DNA of 61,615 nucleotides from Gammaproteobacteria bacterium (GTDB lineage Bacteria; Pseudomonadota; Gammaproteobacteria; Tethybacterales; Persebacteraceae): NCBI GenBank assembly GCA_051009015.1, contig JBPCWZ010000010.1, positions 1 to 61,615 of the forward strand, read 5' to 3'. Shown piece by piece: positions 8,657 to 20,200 of this stretch (position 1 is its first letter; each line of letters starts with the position of its first letter). The notes under the pieces were generated by a model. It saw only the letters and a program-made list of their open reading frames with translations, ran no database searches and was not told where the DNA came from. The position numbers and the translations under genes were made by a program.

Positions 8657-9871
8657 TTATCCGCCGGTTTGTTTGACGACAATGCGGGCGAAGCGGCGTT
8701 TGCCGACTTGTACTAGGGCGGCGGTGTCTTTTGGCAGTTTGCGCTCGCCATCCTTCTCTGTATTGCCGTCAATTTTGACCGCGCCCTGGGCGATTAATCT
8801 TCTGCCTTCGGAGGAAGATGGCACAAGGCGGGCGTCTTTCAACAGATAAAAAAGCGGCGGCGACATTCCGCCGTCATCGGCATAAACAACAACTTCGGCG
8901 ACTTTTGCCGGTGCGCCGCCGCTCGCGATGGTTTGGAACTCTTCCGCCGCCGCTATTGCCGCATTTTCGCCGCAAAAGCGCGCCGTCAGTTCATGCGCAA
9001 GTTGCCGTTTATAAATAACCGGATTTTCGCCGCCCGCCGTTTGTTGTTTCATCTTTTTTATGGCATCGGCGGGTTGCGCCGACAGGAGTTGATAATACTC
9101 CCACATCAAATCGTCCGATGCCGACATGGTTTTGCCGTAGAGTTGCGCCGCCGGTTCGCTAATGCCGATATGATTGCCGTAACTTTTTGACATTTTGCGC
9201 GCGCCGTCCAAACCGCGCAAAAGCGGCATTGTCAATATGCATTGCGCGGGTTTGCCTTCCTGCCTTTGCAGTTCGCGCCCGACGAGGAGGTTGAACTTCT
9301 GGTCGCTGCCGCCGAGTTCAACATCGGCATTTAATGCCACGGAATCATAACCCTGCATTAGAGGATACAACATTTCGCGCACCGATATCGGCGCGTTTTG
9401 GCGCATTCGGCGGGAGAAATCATCCCGCTCCAACAACCGGGCGACGGTATATCGCCCCGCCAGCATTAGCATATCGGCGGCGGTCATTTTGCCAAACCAT
9501 TCCGAGTTGCGGCGTACTTCGGTTTGTTCGGCATTTAAGATTTTTGCCATCTGTGCAAAGTAGGTTTCGGCGTTGTTATCAATCTCTTGCGGCGTCATCG
9601 GCGGGCGGGCGGTGTTTCTGCCGCTGGGGTCGCCGATTCTCGCCGTGTAATCGCCGATGAGAAAAATAACAATATGCCCCATCTCCTGAAAATGACGCAT
9701 CTTTTGCATCAGGACGGTATGTCCAAGATGCAAGTCGGGTGCTGTCGGGTCAAAACCGGCTTTTATCCGCAAAGGACGCCCTTCGGCAAGTTTGCGCTCC
9801 AATTCGCCTTCGGGCAGCGATTCTTCGCAACCGCGCATGAGCAATTGCAGTTGTTGTGCGGGCGCTTTCAT
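8657..9871 (-). CDS. tyrS: Tyrosine--tRNA ligase (type 2 TyrS)
   Basis: Class-I motifs HLGH (DLHLGHTV) and KMSKS are present, with a C-terminal S4-like RNA-binding domain (SSSEGRRLIAQGAVKIDG). The track ORF (8657..10282) starts too far upstream and overlaps serC. The ATG at 9871 (MKAPAQQLQLL) gives a normal 404-aa enzyme. Confidence 0.93.
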   Translation of the reverse strand: MKAPAQQLQLLMRGCEESLPEGELERKLAEGRPLRIKAGFDPTAPDLHLGHTVLMQKMRHFQEMGHIVIFLIGDYTARIGDPSGRNTARPPMTPQEIDNNAETYFAQMAKILNAEQTEVRRNSEWFGKMTAADMLMLAGRYTVARLLERDDFSRRMRQNAPISVREMLYPLMQGYDSVALNADVELGGSDQKFNLLVGRELQRQEGKPAQCILTMPLLRGLDGARKMSKSYGNHIGISEPAAQLYGKTMSASDDLMWEYYQLLSAQPADAIKKMKQQTAGGENPVIYKRQLAHELTARFCGENAAIAAAEEFQTIASGGAPAKVAEVVVYADDGGMSPPLFYLLKDARLVPSSSEGRRLIAQGAVKIDGNTEKDGERKLPKDTAALVQVGKRRFARIVVKQTGG

Positions 9872-9954
9872 CTTTGCGGATAGTTGATATTTGCCGAATG
9901 TTGCCGGATTTTGTTGTCTTTTGCCGTTTTTTGCCGACAATGCCGGTTTTGGTA

Positions 9955-11025
9955 TCAACCGCGGCGGCGGGCGAAATCGGCAAGATAATCGGACAAAGCC
10001 CGCGTTGCGGCGATTGTCGTGGCATTGTAAAGCGAAGCGCGGCAGCCGCCCAAAACCGCATGCCCCTTCAAGCCCAGCAAACCCGCATCTTCCGCGCCGC
10101 GCAAAAAATCCGCCGTCAGGGTATCGGATGGCAGAAAAAACGGAATATTCATCCGCGACCTCACGGATGCATCCGCAACATGACAGCGGTAAAAACCGGT
10201 ATCCAGCACTTGATAAATCATTTGCGATTTTTGCGCGCTTTGGCTTTCCATCTCCGGCACGCCGCCTTGTTCTTTCAGCCATTCCAATACCAGCATCGTC
10301 AGATAAATGTTGAAAGACGGCGGCGTGTTTGCCATGGAATCGTTTTCAATCTGCAGCGGGTAATGCCATATCATCGGCGTGTCGGCGCGCGGGCGGATGA
10401 GGTCTTTTCGCACGATGACAATGGTCACTCCCGCGGCGCCGAGGTTTTTTTGGGCACCGGCATAAACGATGCCGTAGTCGGCAATGTTAATCATGCGCGA
10501 GGCGATGTTGGATGACATGTCGGCGACAAGCGGGGCAAGGGTTTGCGGCGGTTTGGCAAACTCGGTGCCATGCACCGTTTCGTTGTCGGCGTAATGAAAA
10601 AACTTCGCCCCTTGCGGCTCCTGCCATTGTGTTGGCAGGGTTTTGTATTCGCCGCTTTCGTCGTCGGCGACAACTTCGGCGCGGCAGTATTTTTTGCCTT
10701 CGTTTGCGGCGCGGCGCGACCAATGCCCGCTTATCAAATAAGCGGCGGTGTCGGTCGCTTCGGCAAGGTTTAGCGGAATGGCGGCGGCTTGGCCGGTCGC
10801 GCCGCCGGACAGAAAAAGGACGGCGTAATCGTTTGGAATATTCAGCAGTTCGCGCAAGAGCGATTCGGCGCGGGCATGGACGGCAATAAACTTTTCGCCG
10901 CGGTGCGAGAGTTCCATAACGGACGCGCCGAGATTTTGATAATCGCAAAACTCGGCTTGCGCCTGTTCCATCACGGCATCCGGCAGGCGGCAGGGGCCCG
11001 GGTTGAAGTTGTAAGCGCGCTGCAT
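9955..11025 (-). CDS. serC: Phosphoserine aminotransferase
   Basis: The ORF is colinear with E. coli SerC as recalled. Shared motifs are NFNPGPCRLP (E. coli NFSSGPAMLP), VMELSHRGEKF, the PLP-lysine motif YAGAQKNLGAAGVTIVIVR, NTPP and GGCRASLYNA. Confidence 0.93.
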   Translation of the reverse strand: MQRAYNFNPGPCRLPDAVMEQAQAEFCDYQNLGASVMELSHRGEKFIAVHARAESLLRELLNIPNDYAVLFLSGGATGQAAAIPLNLAEATDTAAYLISGHWSRRAANEGKKYCRAEVVADDESGEYKTLPTQWQEPQGAKFFHYADNETVHGTEFAKPPQTLAPLVADMSSNIASRMINIADYGIVYAGAQKNLGAAGVTIVIVRKDLIRPRADTPMIWHYPLQIENDSMANTPPSFNIYLTMLVLEWLKEQGGVPEMESQSAQKSQMIYQVLDTGFYRCHVADASVRSRMNIPFFLPSDTLTADFLRGAEDAGLLGLKGHAVLGGCRASLYNATTIAATRALSDYLADFARRRG

Positions 11026-11099
11026 ATTGACCGCCGATTATAACACAACGGCGAAAGGCGCGGCGGCGCAAAAAATGGCGCAAAAATACTTTTTATTTA

Positions 11100-11130
11100 T
11101 GTCAAATTCGGCGGGTAAAAATAGTAGAAT
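11100..11130 (+). promoter_or_regulatory. Candidate sigma-70-like promoter for the giant gene inside an A/T-rich island
   Basis: The spacer 11071-11135 (aaaaatggcgcaaaaatactttttatttatgtcaaattcggcgggtaaaaatagtagaat) is conspicuously A/T-rich against the GC-rich background. TGTCAA lies at 11100-11105 and TAGAAT at 11125-11130, an 18-19-nt spacing. GGAG at 11177-11180 sits 12 nt before the ATG. This is by-eye evidence only. Confidence 0.2.
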
Positions 11131-11192
11131 ACGCGGTTGCACAAGATGACGCATTTAGGTATGTTTGGCACACATCGGAGTCGGCGGGGCTG

Positions 11193-11273
11193 ATGCCGCT
11201 TTTTCGCTTGGCGGTATCGCGCTGGCGGTTGTCGGCGGGCGCGGTTTTGATATTGCTAATGGCGCTGAGCGCC
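11193..11273 (+). other. Sec signal peptide of the giant protein
   Basis: In MPLFRLAVSRWRLSAGAVLILLMALSA|EGD there is a basic n-region (R5, R10, R12) and a hydrophobic core AGAVLILLMAL. The cleavage site is of the small-x-small type (LSA). Confidence 0.6.
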
Positions 11274-14200
11274 GAGGGTGATGTCGCGGATGGCAAGGCA
11301 TCGCCTTTTGTTGTTGCATCATCGGGCGGCGCGGCGGCGGCGGGTTTTTCTTATGGCGATTGGCTGAAAGCGCGGCGGGCGTATTCGGACACCGCCGACA
11401 ATGCGCCAAAACAACAACAGGAAAAACCGGCGACCATCGGCAGTTTCTGGAGCGGTATTGCCGAAGATATCGGCGAGCGGGCATTGGAAAGAGTGCGCGG
11501 TTCGGTTTTGGGCGTGCTGCCGCAGGAGTCGGAGTTTCGCGATTTGCTGGTGCGTTATGGCAACGGCGAAGATGTCAGCATGGGCGATTGGCGGGAGATT
11601 CGCTTTGCCCGGTTGAGTGATGACATTCGCGGCGCGCCTTTGGCGTTGTATGCCGATGGCGAGCGGGCATTGGCGGATGCTTTGTCGGAAGCGGCGCGGG
11701 AGCGTTTGGCTTTTGTTCGCCGCGCGCGGGTGGATTTGCAAACTCCCCTCGGCGGTCGGCGGGGGCAGTTGGGTGTTGATGCGGCGGGTGCTTTGCGACT
11801 GACGGATGACGATGTCATTGGCTGGCAGTTGCGGGCTTTTGGCGGCGAGGACGATGCCGCAGGCGGCAATGCCGGTTTGTTTTGGCGGCTGGCGGTCAAT
11901 CGTACCGGGCTGGCGGGGGTGAATGTCTTTTTGGATTATGAGGAGGACGATGAAGCGGGCGGTTTTTGGCGCTGGTCGGTTGGCGGCGAATACAAAACCC
12001 GCTACGGCGGCATATCGGCAAACCGGTATGAAGTTTTGACGGAAGCGAGAGTTTTGGCGGACGGCAGCCGCGCATACAGCAGGGACGGGATAGACGCGGA
12101 TGCGGAGTTGTTTGTGCCGGGTTATGAGTTTGTGCGCGCGCGCGTGGGTTATTACCAATGGCGGGGCGAGTTTGGCGATGACGATGACGAAGGGTTTCGT
12201 TTCGGTGTGGCTTTTTTGCCGGGCGCCGGTTTGGAGTTTGGCGTGGAATATGACGAAAACAGCGGGGAGTGGGGCGGCAACTTGACATATTCGCGGCGCT
12301 TTGGCGCACCTTCGCCGTCGGCGGCAAGCGCTCCGGCGACATTTGACCCGCGCCGTCATTTCTTTGACGCGGTGCGGCGGGAGTATGGTCAGAGGATAAG
12401 CCGCACCGAGCAAGGCGGCAATCCGCTGGTGGCGAACTTGATATCCCTGCGGGCGGATGTTGCGGCGACGATACAAGCGGACGGGTTTTTGGCGACGGTT
12501 ACGCGCAGCGGCGATAACTTGTCGGACGGCACAAGCCGCTATGAGCGTTATCCGGTAATGCTGGCGCGGGATATTACCATAGAGGTTGGCGGCGGCGGAA
12601 GGTCCGTTGCGGCGGTGTTTCGTCAGGACAGCGGCGATTGGCTTTTGGCATTGGAAGACGATACGCGGGTGGCGTTTTTGCAGCAGGGGACTTTGCTGGC
12701 GGCGTATTCGGGCGCCGGAGAGGTGGACAGGGCGCGCGGTCGTCTGCCGGGGGTTTTGGTTGTGCCGGGGACGGTGACTTTGTATCTGGGCGGTACGCGT
12801 TTGGCTTTTGATTTGCGCGAGCGGCGGGAGGTGGCGGATATAACACTGCACGAAGGCGTTTTGACCATCGGCGGCGGGCGGTCGTCATCGCCGTCTTATT
12901 CGGTTGCGGTGCTGGCGAGTTCCCGGGTGTTGCTGGCGGATGATGACAACAACCTGATAACAATATCGTGCGACGACGAAGGGCACAGTTCGCAGCCGGG
13001 CGCGCAGGCGTTTTGTTCTTACGGGGCGGTTTTTGACGCCGATGGTTTTGCCGATGGCTTGTGGCATCTGGCGGCATCGCGGCGCGAAAGCGCGGCGGGG
13101 ACGATACGCATATCAACAAACACGCCGTCTTTGACTTTGTCGGCGGCGGTTGTTGAGGGTGCCGGCGTTATCGGCTTGCGGCGGTTGTCGGCGCAGTTGT
13201 TTGCGTTGTCTCTGGTCGGTGCGGGTGCCGGTGATATTGCCCGGGCCGGTTTGGTCTTTACCGAAAGCGGCGGCAGGTTTGCGCCGCAAACGCTCAGTTT
13301 GCGGATACAAGTGGCATCGTCATTGGCGGTGCAGGTGCGGCGGGCCGATGTCGGGTTATTGACGGAAGTGCCGGCTTTGGCGGTTGCGACTGTTGTCGGC
13401 ATTGGCGGCGGCGGCGGTTATGCCTACCGGCTGGCTGCTGCGCATGCTTTGTTTTCGCTGCGGCTGGCGGATGGTTTGGCGGTGGCGGATTATGTCAATG
13501 CCGCGTCATCGCCGGTTGTTTCGCCTTTGACGATAGCGGTGTCGGATGGTTTGAATACGGCATTGACGATAACGGCGTTATTTACCATAGCCGACCCGCC
13601 GCCGGTTTCCATCACTTTGGCGCATCGGGCGGCGATGGGCGTGGGGCAAGCCCTGCCGGTGGCGACTTTGCATGTCGGCGGCGGTTATGTGCGCTCGGCG
13701 TATACGCTGCAGGTTGCGGCGGGCGGTGCTTACGGCGGCATTGGCATGTCGGCATTGGCGGACGGCGGCGCGCAGATTATTCTTACCGCCGGTGCGCAGT
13801 CGGGTTTGATAACCATAACGGCGATGGCGGATGACAATCATAACAACACCGGCGCGGGGCTTGCGGTTTGGACTGTGCGGGTTGTTGATGGTTTGTTGCT
13901 GTCGCCGCCGCCTTTGTTTGCCGGAGTGCTGACAATCACAACGGACAATGCGGCGGGCAATGTCCCGCGCGATTTGGGCAGTTTTGTGGCGACGGGCGCG
14001 AACGGGGCTTTGGTTTTCACTTCGCAGTTGCCGCCGTATTTGCGTTTGCTTGTGCGCGGCGACAGCGCATTGTTGCGCTTGCAAAGCGCGCCGGTTGTCG
14101 CCGGTGTGATAACGGTGCCGGTAAGCGTGCGCGAGGATGTCATTAACGGGCGCGAGAGCGCGACAACGATAACTTTGGCGGTGGTGAATCCGCCTCAGTT

Positions 14201-17200
14201 GGTGGCGGATTTGGCGGGGTTGCAAAATGCGGTAATAACCGGCGTGGCGACATTGGCGACGGTTTCGGTTTCGGGGGGTTATGTTAATAATGGCGATGGT
14301 TATTCCGTCGGCATATCGCCTTTGGCGGGTTTGGCATTAATCACAACGGGGGATTTTTACACCCTTGCGGTATTGACGGCGAATAATCCGATAGTGCTGA
14401 CTTTGACGGTAATAGCGGACGATGACCATCCGAATGTATCGGCGGCTACCTTGTCGGCGGTCATCACGGCGGCGGATATGCTGGTATTGAATGGCGGCGG
14501 TTCTTTTGTGGTGACGGCGGGCGCGGTTGGCAGGGAGTTGGCGCAACTTCGGGCGGCGGGCGGTTTGTTGCCGTATCGTTTTGGCGCGTTGTTTAATGGC
14601 GGCAATTTGTTTGATGTCTCCGGCGGCGGGGTATCGGCGGCGATAAGCATCGCGGCGGCTGGCTGGAATGATTACACAAGCGGCAGGGTTTTGACGCTGT
14701 CGGCGACGGTGTCGGATTCTTCATCGGAAGTTATGCTGGCGACTGCGGCATTGACGGCATCAATGGTTTTGCCGCCGGTGTCGGTTGAAGGGTTTTATGT
14801 TTCGCGGCGTTATACGGCGGGTTTGTCATCCGCTACCATATTGACCTTGTCCGCATCGGGCGGTGCCGATGCTGTTGATGGCGGCGATGGCGGTTTTGTT
14901 TACGGGCGGGTTGGCGCGGTTGTCGCCGGGGTTTCGTTGTTGTCGTCGGGCGAAGTGTTGTTGTCGTCCGCTGTTCCTTCGGTTATTGTGATGACGGCTT
15001 CGGCGCGCGACAGTTATGCGGGCGATGACAATGCCGGGGCGACTATTACGATTAGTTTGACGGCGCATGCCGGCGATATTCGCATCGGGGCGATTGGCAA
15101 TGCCTATTTGTATGCCGAGACGGGTGCGGAGTTTGACATTGTTACTTTGACGGCTTTCGGCGGCGAGGGGGTGATTACTTTGGGCGTGCCGGATGATGCG
15201 GTCGGTTATGAGATAAGGCAGTTGTCGGTATTGCGTGTCAGCAGCGAGGAAAGCCGGACAGTGACGGCGACAATATCCGCGGACGATGGCGCGGGCGGTT
15301 CTCCGGCGGCGGAGTATTTGTTGACTATCACAATACTGCCGCAGATGGCATTGACGATAGACAACGAAAGATTGACGGTGACGACAAGATTGCCCGCCGG
15401 TGCTGTCGGGGCATTGGCGGCATCGTTGTCGGTATCGGGCGGCAACGGCGTTTATGTTTATGAGGGCGATAATGCCGATGTCGGTTTGTTGCTTCGCCGG
15501 CGGGGGGCGAGTTTGCAGTGGCGGGGCGTTGCAGCCCGCAATAATGCCGGTGAAGAATCGCAGGGGGCTTTTGTGGTAAGTGATACTTCGCAACCGCCGC
15601 GGAAGATAACGATGACATTATTGACGGTGGTGTATGTTCATCCGCCGATAGTGGAAGCGGCGGCGGAGGGCGTTGTTTCGCGGGCGATAACGAATATTGT
15701 GCTGACGGCGGCAAGCATCAGCATAGGCGGCGGTTCGGGTTTGGGTTATGCGGCAAGCGTCATTGGCATAAGCGGCGCGGTATCGGCGAGTGTTTTGGCG
15801 GATGGCAATGTGGAAGTTCGCGGCTTGGCGGCGGGCGAGGGGGTTATTACCATAACGGCGGCGGATAATCATCCGGGCAGTGCCGATGCGGCTTTGTCAT
15901 TGTCCATTACTTTTGTTGACCGGCTGGCGTTTGCCGGTTTGCCGGTTGATGCGATAACGATAACGACATACGCAAACGACTGGCGTTTGTCTTTGACATT
16001 ATCGGGCGGCAACGGCGATTATGCCTACGGCAGTGATATTAATGATGTGATAGGGGGCGCGGAGTTGCAGCAGGTATCCATATTGTTTGCGCCATCGGTT
16101 GCATTGGCGAATGTGCAGACGGTCAGCATAGCGGTCAGCGGCACCGACAGGGAAGAGGAAAGTTTGGCGCAAAGCGTATCGGCGGCGATAACTGTGGTGA
16201 TGATTGACCCGCCGGCATTGTCCGCCAGTGTGTATCCTCCCCTGCCCCGGGCGGTTGTTTCCGGCAGGTTCGGGCAGTTATTGTCGGTCACGGGCGGTTA
16301 TGCGCCGGATGGTTATGATGTGCGCATAACGGCAGGCGGCGATGACCCGTTGCTGGTGAGTTTGATAAGGGGAGACCGCATTAGCATTCTTGCCCTGCCG
16401 GAGGGCTTGTTGCAAACGGTGACGGCGACGATGGTTGTTGATGACGCCCATCCCAATATTGCGCCGGTTACTTTGACGGTAACGGTCATCGGCTTTGATA
16501 ACTTGCAAATTCAGGCGGACAATGCGCAGGGCAATGCCGGCGGTTTTGCCCGGGCATCTTTCGGCGTGCCTGCGCACGGGCTTTTGGCGTTTAGCGTCAA
16601 TGGCGGCATTGGCGCTATTTCGCTGTCGGTTGTCGGCGATGTTGACCAGCGCGATATGTTTGCGGCGGAGATTAATGCCGAAGGGCGGGCGACTTTGCGT
16701 GCGCGCCGTTTGCACTGGCAGGATTTGGAGCGGGAGTTGCTGGTATCGCGCACGACGGTGCAGCAGTTTGCCATAGTGGCGATGGATTCGTTTTCGCCGC
16801 CGTTGCTTGCAACGGCATCGGTGACGGTGGAGTTGTCCGCCGTGCCCGTTATTGCATGGGCATTTCCGGCGGCGGGCGGCATTACAACGCACATTATCCG
16901 GAATGCGGCGGCAACGGTGCATGCTACCGGCGGGGTGGATCTCTTGCGCGCCGATGCCCGCTTTGCCGGAAGTCCGGATGTGCTGCCGGGCTTTTCGTTT
17001 TCGGTTTTGGGGGAAGGCGGCGGTTTTGTTACTTTGTCCGATGCCCGCCGCGCCGAGTTGCGGGTTTCCACGGGTTTGACCGGCGCGGTAATGTTTACGG
17101 TTGAAATTAATGACCGCTTGCTTGCCGACGAAGCACCGCCTCATTCGGCAAGATTGACTTTGACATTCGCCGCCAATGCGCTGACGCCGCTGAGTATTTT

Positions 17201-20200
17201 TGCCCGCCCGGGGCGGGTTACACAACTTATCAATGCCGCCTTTACCGGGCGGACTTTGGCAAGCATCAGCGTGGCAAACGCTTTTGGCGAGGCGGCTTTT
17301 AATGCCGATTTGCCGCCTTTGCTCGGCGGCGGGGCAAGCCCTTACAGTTTGACGACAAGCGCCAATATTGCTTATATCGTTGCATCATCCGCCGATGATG
17401 CGGCGCGCACGGTAACGGCTTTTGTCCGGGCGGCGGACGAATTGAATGCCGTGCGCCGCTTGTCGGGCATTGAACCGGCAACGGCGGAGATAGCGATTAT
17501 CACCCGGCGGGCGCGGGAGGCGTATTTTGCGCCGGTTAGCGTCGGACCCGGCGCGGCGGTATTGATAAACGGCGAATACCGGCGGGACGGCGCAAGAGAT
17601 TGGGCATTTACCGTGGAGTTTGACTTGCGGGCGGATGATTTTGTCATTGAACATCTGGGCGCCGATGCCGCTTGCGATTTGAGCGTGCATCTGCAAAGCC
17701 GGGGGACGAGCGGCGACAACGATTACCGGCAGGTTAATACCACCGGCTTGTCGCCGTGCCGGGTGCGGGTTTCGGTGCGTTCCGGCTTGCGGCAAAACCG
17801 CGATGATATGGTCGTCTCCCTCACGGTCAGCGGCGACGGCGATGGCGATGTATCAACCCCCCGCATCAGCGCGGCGGTTACGCTTCGGTGGGTCAATGAC
17901 CGCATACGGGCTTTTGCGCCATCGGCGCCGATAACGGCGACAGTGCGCACAAACAACCCGCAAATCATCGCGACAATGTCTTCCTATCTTGCCATTAGCG
18001 CCGGTTATGCGGCGGCGGCGGATTCGCAGTATATTTTCATTCGCAACCTGCCGCATATTCGCCATGCCGTTGCACAAAGCGAGTTATTGATATCGGCAAA
18101 TGTGCCGCAGGAGGGCGTGGGTTTGCCGCTGAATACGGTTTATGTGCTGAAAGCAACGGGCAGCGCCGAAGTGCGGGATTCGCTGGCGCCGCTTGTTACC
18201 AGCAGTGTTACGATAACGGTGGTTTTTGTTGATGCCGATGGTTTGCCGCCGCTGTCGGCTTTTGTCGTCGGCACGCAGCATGCGCAGCCGCTCATCGGCT
18301 CTTTGTTTGCCGTGGCGACTTTGGCGATATCCGGCGGTTTCGGTCCGGCGCAGTTTGCGGCGGATGAAAGCGGGCGGGGGTATTTTGTCAATGGCAGCAT
18401 TGTGCTGGTGTCATCGGCATCGCCGGCGGTTATCACCGCATCCGTTATCGCCAATGACGACCATGCGAGCACCGATTCATATTTGCTGAAACTGACGGCG
18501 ACTTTGCTGCCGCCGCTGGGCTTGCGCATTGCGCCTTTGACGGTGACGACAAGGGTATCGCCCGGCGATGCGCTTTCGTTTGCCGGTTCGCTTTCGCTGT
18601 TTGGCGGCAAGCCGCCGGTGCGGGTGTCTTCCGGCGTGTTGCTCGGCGGCGACAACCTGCTGTTTTTGGAAAACAACAACGGCGATTTGACCTGGAGCGG
18701 GCGGACGGCGCGCGCCGGCGTCGGCGAAGTGTTGCAAGATGCGGTGGTATTGACCGATTCGTCTACGCCGCCGAGGGTGTCGCGGGTTGCGGGGATAACG
18801 CTGGTTTATGTGCATCCGCCGTCTGTCGCCATGACCTTGCGCACTTTGCAAACCATCGCCGCCGCCGGGCAGACGGTTGTTGCCGCTACCGCCGGTTTTG
18901 CCGCCGGGCGGCTGGATTATGAACTGCGGGTTTTGACCATCGGCGGCGCATCGGCGACGGCATTTGGCGACGGCGTGAGTTTGTTTGTGCGCGGTTATGA
19001 GTCCGGCTCGGCAACCATCACCGTCATCGGCGACGACAACCATCCGGATACGCCCGATGCTACTGCCGCTTTGACGATAGCATTCGGCGGCGATATTGCC
19101 GCCGGTTTGCCGCCGCCGCTTGTCAATGCGCCGCGGACGATAACCTCGCGCTCTCCGGACAGGAATGTGCTGGCGGCGCCGTCTTTGACCATCTTCGGCG
19201 GCACCCGCCCCTATCGTTTCTGGCGGGTTAATGGCGTGCCGTCTCCGGCGATATCGGTCGGCGAAGATGGCGGCGTGTTTTATCAAACGCCGCCGCCGCC
19301 GTATCGCCTGACGCTGACGGTGGCGGCGGCGGCAAATATCGCCAATGGCGGTGTTTCCGCTACGGCAACGGCGCGCTTTACTTTGGCTGCCGTGCCGCCC
19401 GCGCCGGTCGCTTTTGCCGTCGCATCCTATGACGGCGCGGTGCTGACCGGCACTTCGGCTTTTGCCACTTTGCATGTCGGCGGCGGTTTTGTCAATGCCG
19501 GCAGTGCCTATTCGCTTTCGGCATCGGGCGGCGGTATCGGCATATCGCTGACCGATGGCACGGTCGTCATTGTCGAGATAACCGCGCTTGTGCCGCAAAC
19601 TATCGCCGCAACGATTCGCGCCGATGACGACCATTTGGATACTCTGCCGGTATCGGTGTTTTTGACGGTGACGGCGGCACGGGTCGCTGTTATTGACGGG
19701 CGGCGCAGTTTCCGCCTGACCATCGGCGCCGATGGCAGGGTGTTGGAGCGTTTTGCCGCATCCGGCGGCGATCCGGCTGACCGGTGGAGTTTGGCATTGG
19801 CACCGGGCGGCGACGAGCAGCCGCCGCTGTTTGCGCTGACCGAAGACGGGCAGTTGTCGGCGCGGCGTTTGGGCTGGACGGATTTGCTGGGCAATATCGG
19901 CGCATTGACTCAGCGGTTTTCGCTTGTCGCCGGAGTTGGCGATTATGCGGCAACGGCGGCATTGGCGGCTTTTGTTGTTTTGCCGCCGGTTACGGCAAAT
20001 GTCTCCGCCGTGTCGGCTACCGGTTATGTTTTGGCGACGGCGGCTTTGAGCGCATCGGGCGGTGCCGATTCCCTGCGCGATTTGCCGGGCTTTTCGGCGC
20101 GTGAGGGTTTTGACTTTTCGGTTGGCGGCGGCGGCGGGGCAAGATGGACTATTGTGCAACTTGGCGGCGATGACGATTATGGCGTTGCCTTTTTGATATC

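Noticed and set aside
8657-10282. The 541-aa version of tyrS given in the track.
   Set aside because: The first 137 residues are Arg/Cys-rich nonsense that overlaps the serC 3' end. The enzyme proper starts at the ATG at 9871.
11145-11192. Upstream ATGs at 11145 and 11161 as alternative starts of the giant gene.
   Set aside because: Both are in another frame and hit TGA at 11190-11192 after 15 and 9 codons respectively. They could at most be a short leader ORF, which I cannot support.
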